Shown: positions 49,501 through 59,612, counted from the first letter of the stretch. The stretch is 64,000 nucleotides of DNA from Scyliorhinus canicula (GCF_902713615.1 NC_052169.1:3994915-4058914), one strand, 5' to 3'. A program made the numbers and translations. The notes: generated by a model not told the origin, from the letters alone.

Positions 49501-50678
49501 GGCTAATCCACCTAACCTGCACATCTTTGGACTGTGGGAGGAAACCCACGCAGACACGGGGAGAACGCGCAAACTCCACAGTCACCTGAGGCCGGAATTT
49601 AACCCAGGTTCCTGGCTCGGGTGAGGCAGCAGTACCACTGTGCGTCCCAAACCAACAATGATTTAAAATACATCTTGGAGAACAAATGAATGGTCACAGA
49701 ATCATGGAATCCATATAGTACAGAAGGAGGCCATTCGGTCCATCAAACCCACACCCACCCCCCTCCCCGAAGGAGCAGCCCACCCAGGCCCCATCACCGT
49801 AACCCCACTTTGGACTGTAATTGTGATTTATCACAGATTTAAAATGCACCATACACAAATGAACAGCGATTTCTTTTAGATGTAAATCGAAAAGGTGATC
49901 TATTCCAGCTTCAAATGCATCTTAGACAACAGATGAATGGCCATAGAACCCCTGCAGTACAGAAGGAGGCATTCAGCTCATCAAGCCTCCACCCCCACGA
50001 AGCAGCACCCCAGCCAGGCCCAGACCCCATCACCGTAACCCCACCCAAGCTTTTCTCTTGGACATGAAAGGCAACTGAGCATGGCCAATCCACCCAACTT
50101 GTACACAATAATACTCTTTATTATTGGCACAAGTAGGCTTACATTAACACTGCAATGAAGTTTTACTGTGAAAAGCCCCTAGTCTCCATACTCCAGCACC
50201 TGTTTGGGTATAATGAGGGAGAATTTACTGTCCAATTCACCTAACAGCGTGTCTTTCAGGACTTGTGGGAGGAAACCGGAGCGCCTGGAGGAAACCCATG
50301 CAGACTTGGGGAGAACGCGCACAGACAGTGACCCAAGCTGGGTCCCTGGCGCTCTGAAGCAGCAGTGCTAACCACTGTGCTACCTCTTTGGACTGATAGT
50401 GATTCATTTTAGATTTAAAAAGCACCTCGGACAAAGTGATGTATTCTAGCTTCAAATGCAAGTCAGGCCAACAAATGGATCATTTTGGATGCTGTGCCAA
50501 GAGGTCTACAAAGCGGTCAGGTCAATAATGGATTAGTGAGGAGAGCCTCTGGATATTATCACAGTAACTTCATTGCAGTGTTAATGCAAGCCTACTTGTG
50601 ACGATAATAAAGATTATTATTCACATTGCGGAGAGTGAAGCGGAGTTAGAGGTAGTTCCGATGCAATGAGCTGGGATT

Positions 50679-51866
50679 TTACTCCTTCAGCATCTGGCTG
50701 ACATCCTCCAGGAGTTGGGAGAATTGCTCCTCAGGCAATAGGTGGGAGCCGAGGGCATCCAGCACCCTGGCCTCGGTCAGGCTGCGGTAGTCCTGGGGGT
50801 TGTTGACGGGCAGGTGGCCGGCCAGCTCGCACAGAGCCACGGCGAAGGGCTGGCTGAGCGGCTTGGGGCCGAAGAGGGCGGCACGGGGCCAGAGGACGGC
50901 ACGGACGCCGAGGCGGCAGGCAGGCTGGGCAGGCGGCAGGCCGGGTGGGCAGCCCCGGCACAGGAAGAGGTTGTGGGCCAGCGAGCGGTGCAGCAGCAGC
51001 TGGCACAGGGCGTGCAGGGTGAGGGCGGCCCGCGCCAGGTCACCGCCATCCGTGTAGAGGAGCAGGCCGCGGCCGGGCGGCTCGCTCAGCAGGTGGACAG
51101 GGAGGAAGCGGCGGCCTCCGGCCTCGGGGGGCGCCAGCAGCGGGCTGCTAGGCGCCGACTCCAGCCCCAGGCTCTGGTCCAGGTAGTAGGCGTGTAGGTG
51201 CAGGTGGTTGACCGAGGCCGCGGCCCCCAGGCTGTTGAAGCCGAGCCGCAGGCCGGGGTCCGCGCTCAGGAACAGCAGCTCCAGGGCCCGCAAGGCGGCC
51301 TCCTGGGTCAGCAGCTGGGGCAGGCCGCGGGCCGCCTCCGGCAGCAACAGGACGTGGCCCCGCTCCAGGGGGCTGACATTGATGACCAGCACGGCCTCGG
51401 CCTCCCGCCCGGCCTGGGCCTCAGCCCCTGCCTCCCGCTCGGCCTCAGCCCCGGCCTGGACCTCAGCCCCGGCCTCGCCCTCCCGGCGGAGCCGGAACAC
51501 CACCTCCCGCGCCGGGATGCGGGTGAAGTTGAAGCGCTCGGGCTCGAAGGGCTGCCGCAGGCTGCGGATGTCCTGCGGCGGCCGGCGCTCGGTGGCCCGC
51601 TGTGGGTTGAGCTGGGCCAGGAAGCGCCGCGGGCCCGGCAGCCGGCGGCTGGGCAGCCCGTCGCTGGGCAGGCGGTAGCGGAAGCAGCCGGCGGACACCC
51701 GCTGGTCCCAGGCCGAGCGCAGGGCCGCGTCGAAGGGCGAGCCCGCGGCGTCCCCCCAGCGGACCCCGCTCCGGATCAGGTCCCGCTCCGAGTAGCTGAA
51801 GACCGGGGCCTGGGCCCAGGGCAAGGCCGGGCCTCCATCCGGGTCCTCCTCCATGGGCGCCGCCAT
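50679..51866 (-). CDS. GDPGP1: GDP-D-glucose phosphorylase 1 (HIT family, homologue of plant VTC2), intronless CDS
   Basis: 395-aa ORF with FLAQLNPQRATERRPPQ, INVSPLERGHVLLLP, GFNSLGAAASVNHLHLH (HIT motif) and ALCELAGHLPV; good Kozak context (aagATGg); neighbours are CIB1 and TTLL13. Confidence 0.97.
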   Translation of the reverse strand: MAAPMEEDPDGGPALPWAQAPVFSYSERDLIRSGVRWGDAAGSPFDAALRSAWDQRVSAGCFRYRLPSDGLPSRRLPGPRRFLAQLNPQRATERRPPQDIRSLRQPFEPERFNFTRIPAREVVFRLRREGEAGAEVQAGAEAEREAGAEAQAGREAEAVLVINVSPLERGHVLLLPEAARGLPQLLTQEAALRALELLFLSADPGLRLGFNSLGAAASVNHLHLHAYYLDQSLGLESAPSSPLLAPPEAGGRRFLPVHLLSEPPGRGLLLYTDGGDLARAALTLHALCQLLLHRSLAHNLFLCRGCPPGLPPAQPACRLGVRAVLWPRAALFGPKPLSQPFAVALCELAGHLPVNNPQDYRSLTEARVLDALGSHLLPEEQFSQLLEDVSQMLKE

Positions 51867-52300
51867 CTTGCTCTGACGTCAGCGCCAACCCACGGCCCGT
51901 TTCCATGGTTCCCGGAGGCGGCCCGCCCTCCGCCTGAACCACCCACCCCTGTGGGAAACCCGCCGGCAAAGCGAGGCAGCAAATCCCGAATGAAAGCTGA
52001 ACAAAGGCCATTAAATAAAAATTATTCCAATCCCCTCCCCCTTCATTATCCTGGTTTGTCGTCGGCCAGCCAATCAGAAATAAAGATTCCGCCGGCCAAT
52101 CGAATCGCGGTCCCTTCAGCCAATCGAAGCACGGGCGGCCTCCTCCCAGCCAATGGGTGCCGACCGAGAGCCTTACAGCCAATAATCGCCGACCGGATGT
52201 CACTATGCGGCCAATCAGCATCACGAGAGCCGGCCGGCCAATGGGAGGCCTGGACGCCCCGGCCAATCAGCGCCGGCTACAGGTTGTCATGGTGACAATG
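51867..52300. promoter_or_regulatory. Bidirectional promoter of GDPGP1 (-) and TTLL13 (+)
   Basis: CRE TGACGTCA at 51874-51881; YY1-type AAGATGGCGGC overlapping the GDPGP1 ATG; X-box-like GTTTCCATGGTTCC at 51899-51912; 8 GCCAAT boxes at 52070-52267; RFX X-box GTTGTCATGGTGAC at 52283-52296. Confidence 0.8.
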
Positions 52301-52345
52301 CCGCCAGAGCCGTGTGCGCGGCCTGGCCGGGCGGGCGGGCGCCAG
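52280..52345 (+). other. TTLL13: Probable first (5' UTR) exon of TTLL13
   Basis: Consensus donor CAG|GTGAGT at 52345/52346 right after the CCAAT array and X-box. The transcription start position is approximate. Confidence 0.6.
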
Positions 52346-53099
52346 GTGAGTGAGTGAGGTAGGCGGCCGGGGCAGCGGGGAGAGAGCGGCGGGGGGGAGG
52401 AAGGAAGGATCTACCCGCCGGGCGCCGCTCGGCGCGGGGAGCTGGAGCCACCCGCGGGGCCCCCCGCGGCCTTTCCCCCCTGTCCGCTCGGCCTGGCCGG
52501 CCCCCTTGCTGTCCCCTCGCAACGGGAGGCGGCCTTAGCAACGGGCCGGCCCGCCCACACCCTGAGCTGGTTAGCCTGGTTAAACTGGTTAGCCGGGTTA
52601 GTGAAATCTGGTAAACCCGCATTGGTCAATGCATGGTTGCTCCGGATCTCCCTGGAGCCTGTGTTGTTGTTGCTATACAAACGCAAGTTGTTGTTGTACT
52701 GGATCATAGGTGGCGGGGTACAGGATCCCCTATCGTATTTTTAATATAAAGTATCTAATTATTTACTTTCTAATTAAGGGCCAATTTAGCCTGTTTAATC
52801 CACCTACCCTGCACATCTTTGGGTTGTGGGGGCGAAACCCACGCAGACATGGGGAGAATGTGCAAACTCCACACGGACAGTGACCCAGAGCCGGTATCGA
52901 ACCTCGGCGCCGTGAGGCAGCAGTGCTAACTGCCGCATACCCATTAAAACATCCGGATAAAAACAAATCACCGCGGGAGAAGGGAGCTGACGTTCCGATT
53001 CTGGATTACTCTCTGTCAGAGCTGGCGGACCAGGTTAAAGCAGACGTCCAGGTTCTGGGGTTCATTTCCCGCTCCAGGGGTGCGGGTAGAATTGGAAAG

Positions 53100-53845
53100 C
53101 ACCACTTCACAATTTGCGGATGATACGAAACTCGGAGCTATTGTGAACTGTGTGGAGGCGAGTGACAAGCAAACTTGGTCCAGTGGAATGGGTGGACAGG
53201 TGAAATTTAGAGAAGGCAATTTACTTTAGTCAAAAGGACCGAGGAGATGTAAAGGGCAGCAGAGTGACCTGGGCATTTATGTGAACAGGCATTGATGGTG
53301 GCAGGGAAAGCTGTTCATGAGGCTCATAAGTGAAGAGACAGAAAGGTATGATTAATCTCTATAAATCACTGGATCAGCTTCAGCTAGAAATTGTGTCTAG
53401 TTCTGGACACTGCACTTTTAATAAAGGTGTAAGGGCGTTAGAGAGGGTACAGAAATGGTTTACCAGGATGGTTCCAAGGATGAGGAATTTCAGTTGCGTG
53501 GATAGATTGAAGAAGTTGGGCCTGGTTCTTGGAGAAGAAAAGACTAGGAGGAGATTTGCTAGAGTTGTTCAAATCTTGAGGGGTCTAAAGAGAGAGGAGA
53601 ATTGGTTCCCGTTGGTGCAAAGATTGGCAACCAGCGAACACCCATTTAAGCTGATTGGCAAAAGAAGCAACAGTGACATGAGCAAAGTGTCTTTTACACG
53701 GTGATTGTTTAGGGTCTGGAATGCACTGTCCTGAGAGTGCGGCGGGGACAGATTCAATCAAGGCCTTCAAAAGAGAAATTTGAAGGGCTACAGGAAAAGG
53801 AGGGGTTGGGAGTGGGACCAGATGAGTTGCTTTTGCAGAGAGAGA
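53100..53845 (+). mobile_element. Degenerate CR1 LINE fragment
   Basis: FADDTKLG motif near 53113-53137 and ALERVQKWFTRMVPRMR. Confidence 0.75.
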
Positions 53846-56276
53846 AACATTAAAGGATCACAACCATTCCAGCCTTTGGTTTGGTATCAAAATGATTGCC
53901 TGCTAACCCTCCCATAAAGTGCCTTGGAATGTTTTACCATGTTAAAAGTGTTTTAGAAATGCATTAGTTTGAATCATTCTCCATAGTATGATTTTGCTGA
54001 GGTTTATAAAAGTGCAGAACTCAATAGTTCTTCCCCCAAAAATCAGTAGATTTTAGAAAAACAATAGAAAATCAATAGAATCTTGTGTCCTGATGTAAAG
54101 CTGATGTAAACAGCCCTCTAGAAGTTTGTGTGATAGAAGCTTGGAATATTCATCTGTGATTTACCCTTCTTAGTCTGTTGTATTAATCTTTGACGATTGT
54201 TTGGACCAAATCAGAGTGCCAGTCTCCGGGGGGTATGGGCATGAGCGCACATCCTGTCGATCACTGATGCATCATGCTGGTGGAACCTGCTGCTGAGACG
54301 ACACTCACAACAGCGCTGCTGAACAACAGCCATTAATAAACCCCAAATTGCTGGTGCTTTGATCAAGTGAACATTAGCATAGAGTTCCTACAAGGAAGAA
54401 GGAGGCCCTTCTGCCCATCGTGTCTGCACCTATCATCTGAAAGAGCACCTTACCTAGGCCCACTCCCCTGCCCTATCCCTGTAACCCCACCTAACCTGCA
54501 CATCTTTGGACACTAAGGGGCAGTTTATTCTAGCTAATCCACCTAAAATCTTTGGACTGTGGGAGGAAACCGGCGCACCCGGAGGAAACCCACACAGACA
54601 CGGGGAGAACATGCAGACTCCACACAGACAGTCACCCAAGGCTGGTATTGAACCCGGGTCCTCGGTGCTGTGAGGCAGCAGCGCTAACCACTGTGCTGCA
54701 GAGGGACAATGTTACTGGTGTCGTTCCGAGGGCTGGAGTAATGCTCTAGGAGTTCAAATCCCATCACTGCAACTGGGGAATTTAAATTGAATTAATTATT
54801 TAAATCTGGAATGAAATGAAAATCGCTTATTGTCACAAGTAGGCTTCTAATTAAGTTACTGTGAAAAGTCCCTAGTCGCCACATTCCGGCGCCTGTTCGG
54901 GAAGGCTGTTATGGGAATTGAACCGTGCTGCTGGCCTGCTTGGTCTGCTTTCAAAGCCAGTGATTTAGCCCTGTGCTAAACAGCCCCTGGAAAGCTAGTT
55001 TCAGTGATACTGACGATGAAACTATCGGATTGTCGTAAAGTTCACTCACAGTTTCTGGGGCGAAAGTCTGCTGCCCTTACCCGGTCTGGTCTACATGCAA
55101 CTCCAGACCAATGGCAATGTGGTTGACTCTTAACTGACCTCTGAAATGGCACGATTTTGAGAGCAATTAGGGATGGGCAATAAATGCTAGCCTTGCCAGT
55201 GGAGCTCAAACCCTTGGGGGCATAGTCTCGTAAGGGGTCTGAGATGAGGAGAAATGTCTTCATTCGCGGTAGCACAGTGGTTAGCACTGTTGGTTCACAG
55301 CTCCAGGGTCCCAGGCTCGATTCCCGGCTTGGGTCACTCTCTGTGCGGAGTCTGCACGTTCTATGATGAGTCTAAGATTCAGAGGGGTGTGAATTTTTGG
55401 AATTGTCTATCTCAGTGTGCTGCACATGGAGTATTTTCAAGGCTCAGATTGATAGATTTTTTGGATACTAAAGGAATGGAGGGATATGGGGTTAGTGCAG
55501 GAAGCTGTTGATGATCTCATTGAATGACGAAGAAGGCTCGAGGGACCATCTGAGCTGTTCCTGCTCCTGTTTCTTACTGGCCTTGGGATCACAGTGGCCT
55601 TGGGATCGCAAATACAATGTTAAAAAGACCTGTTATGCTCATGTGAGGTCTGAAATTGCTGGAAATAGACAGAGGTCAATTAGTCTGTGGCGAGAGCGGC
55701 AAAAGTTATGGTTTTGGATGCAGTCCTTGTTAAAAGATTTTAGTTGAGTTAGAGGGAGTAGGAAGCTGAGTGGCCCCACTATAGCATCCATCTATCTGTG
55801 TTGTTTTTTTATCAAGTTGTTCTGGCTGCTGCAGAAACATCACAACACAAACGGAAGATACAAGTTTGAAACAAAATGCTCCAAATCTCTGTCGCAGATC
55901 GGAGAGGGGAAAAGACAGATTAATTTATCAGGAGCAAGAGGAAAGATCCTTCGTTGGAAGTGCAAAAGGTAGGTGAGTTCCTTTATGGAATTGATACGGC
56001 CACGGTAGCACAGTGGCTAGCACTATTGCTTCACAGCACCAGGGATCCGGGTTCGATTCCTGGCTTGGGTCACTGTCTGTGCGGAGTCTGCACGTTCTCC
56101 CCATGTCTGCGTGGGTTTCCTCCCACAAGTCCCGAAAGACGTGCTGTTAGGCGAATTAGACATTCTGAATTCTCCCTCCGTGTACACGAACTGACGCCGG
56201 AGTGTGGCGACGAGGGGATTTTCACAGTAACTTCATTGCAGTGTTAATGTAAGCCTACTTGTGACACTAATAAAGA

Positions 56277-56750
56277 TTTTTTTAAAATGTTTTTTATTGG
56301 GTTTTGTACAAATTATTAATATAGGTATAAACCTCGCAAAACAAAGCACATAGGATCTAGGAAATATAACTGGAAGGGGGGGGAATCTTTCCTCCCCTCT
56401 CTATTCCCTCCTTTTTACAGATCATCTAACTGGGGTGGAGGTGCCCCTAAAGCTTTTTAGATTCTTTTGTGTAGTTGCCTCGGCCATTGCTCGTTGTTCC
56501 TTGCCGTTTTTCTTTGCGTTCTCTCGCCGTGCTGTGGTTGCTGCCACTGTTGTCTTCCCCTGTGTTCTCCTCCTGTTTTTGTTCTCCTATCTCTTCCGCT
56601 TTCTGGCTCCCCTTTTTTGTTCTCTACCCCCCCCCCCCCCCCCCACCCTCCTTCATTGCTGCCCCCCATTCTTTTTTGTTGGGTTTTGTGACCTCACCTT
56701 GCCCCCCCCCCCCCCCCCCCCCCCGCCAACGAATTGCCCAAATGTTTTGA
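56277..56750 (-). mobile_element. L1-type 3' end fragment
   Basis: On the minus strand: A-rich tail with AATAAA, G-run-rich 3' UTR, and ORF2 terminal residues. Confidence 0.55.
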
Positions 56751-56974
56751 GTCTAGACGGTGAATGATGGTAATCACACAGATCACCATAGAACATCTGA
56801 GGCTGTCCCTCCTCATTCCATTTTAATTTCAGGGGGGAGCCTGGCAGTGATGAATTCAAGTGTCAAACAGCCCAAAGGGACCCTGGGAGCTGTGATACTA
56901 TAAAGATGCTGTTTGTCCAGTAAGCTGTGATACTGTATCTCCAATAAGTACTGATGTGGCAGTACCTGCTTTCA

Positions 56975-57845
56975 ATCATGCAGAGATCCTTCAGAGTGAT
57001 TTGGGCAAGTTGAGCGAGTGGGCAAATGAATGGCAGATGCAGTATAATTTGGAGAAATGCAAGGTTATCCACTTTGGTAGCAAAAACAAAAAGGCAAATT
57101 ATCTGAATTACCATAAATTAGGAGAGAGGAGTGTGCAACGAGACCTGTGTGTCCTCGTACACCAGTCGCTGAAGGTAAGCATGCAGGTGCAGCAGGCGGT
57201 AAAGAAGGCAAATGGCATGCTGCCGTTCATAACGAGAGGATTCGAGTACAGGAACAGGGATGTCTTGCTGCAATTATACAGGGCCTTGGTGAGGCCACAC
57301 CTGGAATATTGTGTGGAGTTTTGGTCTCCTTATCTGAGGAAGGATGTTATTGCTCTCGAGGGAGTGCAGCGAAGGTTTACCAGACTGATTCCTGGGATGG
57401 CAGAACTGACGTATGAGGAGAGATTGAATCGGTTAGGATTGTATTCACTGGAGTTCAAAAGAATGAGAGGGGATCTCATAGAAACCGATAAAATTCAAAC
57501 AGGACTGGACAGGATTGATGCAGGAAGGATGTTCCCGATGGTGGGTGTGTCCAAAACCAGGGGTCACAGTCTGAGGATACGGGGTAGACCATTTAGGACA
57601 GAGATGAGGAGAAATGTCTTCACCCAGAGAGTGGTGAGCAAGTGGAATTCGTTACCACAGGAAGTAGTTGAGTCCAAACATTGCATGTTTTCAAGAAGTA
57701 GTTAGATATAGCACTTGGGGGGAAGGAGATCAAAGGATATTGGGGAAAGTGGGATCAGGCTATTGAGTTGGATGATCAGCCATGATCATAATGAATGGCG
57801 GAGCAGGCTCGAAGGGCCGAATGGCCTCCTCCTCTCCCTATTTTA
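56975..57845 (+). mobile_element. Young CR1/HER1 LINE 3' fragment
   Basis: About 240 open codons (LQSDLGKLSEWANEWQMQYNLEKCKVIHFG...[20 protein letters not shown]); very similar to 28178-29104. Confidence 0.92.
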
Positions 57846-58078
57846 TCAATGTTGGCTTTGCTGGCTAGGCCAGCATTAATTGCACATCCTTAATTGTCCC
57901 TTGAGAAGGTGGGGGTGAGCCATCTTCCTGAACCGCTGCAGTCCATGTGATGTAGGTACACCCATGGTTCCATTAGGGAGGGAATTCTAGGATTTTGACC
58001 CAGCGACATATGGAGCGGGAACATCGGCATCATTGAAAGTCAGGATGGTGTGTGATTTTGAGGGAAACCTGCAGGAGG

Positions 58079-58245
58079 TGATCTTCCTATCTGCCCACTG
58101 ATCTTCCTATCTGCCCACTGATCTTCCTATCTGCCCACTGATCTTCCTATCTGCCCACTGATCTTCCTATCTGCCCACTGATCTTCCTATCGGCCCACTG
58201 ATCTTCCTATCTGCCCACTGATCTTCCTATCTGCCCACTGATCTT
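58079..58245. repeat. 20-bp minisatellite (TGATCTTCCTATCTGCCCAC) x about 8.3
   Basis: Eight consecutive units; one unit carries a T>G change. Confidence 0.95.
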
Positions 58246-58606
58246 GTCCTTGTTGGTGGAGATCGTGGGTTTGGAAAACTCAATGGTATAATTCACAAAA
58301 CTTTTGAAAGGACTTTGTGAGAAGTTGAAAAGATACCAGCTGAGGACGAGTTGGAGCTCTGTAAATCTCCCTCAACATGACACGCTGTCCTGACTTGGAA
58401 AGATATCACTGTTCCACAAATGTCTCCAATTGAGGAGTAGGCACATGGGGCAGGCTGCTCTATTCCTACTGAATTTGAACAATTGCAGCGTTAATAGGCC
58501 CAACCAAACCACTATGCCAGCCAACTAAATTATTTTTGTTCTCAGTCAATCTGAAACAGAGGATGCTTTCCTAACTCCCTTTCACCCAATCTCTACATTG
58601 CACAGA

Positions 58607-58911
58607 ATGAATGCTTCTGGGGGTGGGAGTGATTCTGAGGAAGAGTCCGCTGATGAGGAAGCAGAGAATGAGGAGGAGAGTGCAGTTGAGGAGTCTGATG
58701 ACGAAAATGAACCAGTTCAAAAACAACTGAGTGCCCTGAAAAGGAATGTAGCAACTAGAGCGCCAGGACCGCATATGAAACAGAGTAAACTGGTGGGAGA
58801 CCGTGAGGCACTCCACAAACAAGAGCTGATAATATCCAACCAGAAACCCGAGGGAAGCATCAATGCCATTAAAGATGAAATGCTCAAGAGGAAAAAGAGG
58901 AGGAAACGAAG
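58607..58911 (+). CDS. TTLL13: Tubulin polyglutamylase TTLL13 (TTLL6/13 subfamily), first coding exon
   Basis: cacAG acceptor at 58605, ATG at 58607, acidic N-terminus then KRKKRRKR, AG|GTaaaa donor. TTLL13 is preferred over TTLL6 because of synteny with CIB1 and GDPGP1. Confidence 0.85.
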
Positions 58912-58951
58912 GTAAAATCGGAGTGAACCTTTACGGCCCTCCTATCATTTT

Positions 58952-59411
58952 TTTTTAAAAAAATAATTTTTATTGAAAAATTTTGTATTTATACAACAAC
59001 ATGGAACCATAATAAAATACCAACAATAACAATAATAATAGCAATCATAAACATTCACCCCTCCTCAATGAACAACACAACATATTAACAACAACTTAAA
59101 TTAACACAATGTTAAGTTACATAACCATAGAAAAAAAAAATAGAAACTACAATAAGGAACAACCCCCCCCCCCCCCCCCCCCCCCCCCCCACCACCACCA
59201 CCACCCTGGGTTGCTGCTGCTATTGACCAAGATACCTATCTTTGAGCCAGGAAGTCCAGAAAAGGCTGCCACTGTTTATAGAACCCTTGTATTGATCCTC
59301 TCAGGGCAAATTTGACCCTCTCCAATTTTATAAATCCCGCCATGTCACTGATCCAGGTCTCCACACTTGGGGGCCTCGCACCCTCCCATTGCAGCAAGAT
59401 CCTCCGCCGGG
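58952..59411 (-). mobile_element. Short 5'-truncated L1-clade insertion just downstream of a TTLL13 exon
   Basis: Poly-T start on the plus strand and ARRRILLQW-like ORF2 end; 18-bp TSD CGGCCCTCCTAYCATTTT at 58934-58951 and 59412-59429. Confidence 0.85.
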
Positions 59412-59463
59412 CGGCCCTCCTACCATTTTAACATTGCTGTCTCGATACTTCCTCAACTATTCC

Positions 59464-59612
59464 CCAGTGTCCCTCACTCCCTCACTCCCTCACTCTGACC
59501 AGTGTCCCTCACTCCCTCACTCTGACCAGTGTACCTCACTCTGACCAGTGTACCTCACACTGACCAGTGTACCTCACTCTGACCAGTGTACCTCACTCTG
59601 TGTATCTCACTC
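59464..59612. repeat. Compound minisatellite (CCCTCACT 8-mer and CACTCTGACCAGTGTACCT 19-mer)
   Basis: Directly visible tandem units. Confidence 0.85.

Larger units (their letters stand above)
50690..52620. other. CpG island covering the GDPGP1 CDS and the GDPGP1/TTLL13 promoter
   Basis: About 2 kb of very GC- and CpG-rich sequence in an otherwise AT-rich, CpG-depleted window. Confidence 0.9.

Noticed and set aside
52070-52267. CRISPR-like pattern of short repeats with unique spacers
   Set aside because: The conserved unit is only 6-9 nt (GCCAAT), there are no cas genes, and the context is a vertebrate promoter. NF-Y boxes explain it.
51198-52295. 365-aa plus-strand ORF and other ORFs overlapping GDPGP1
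   Set aside because: Stop-codon depletion in very GC-rich DNA antisense to the real CDS.
58079-58245. Possible CRISPR array
   Set aside because: Head-to-tail units with no spacers; it is a minisatellite.
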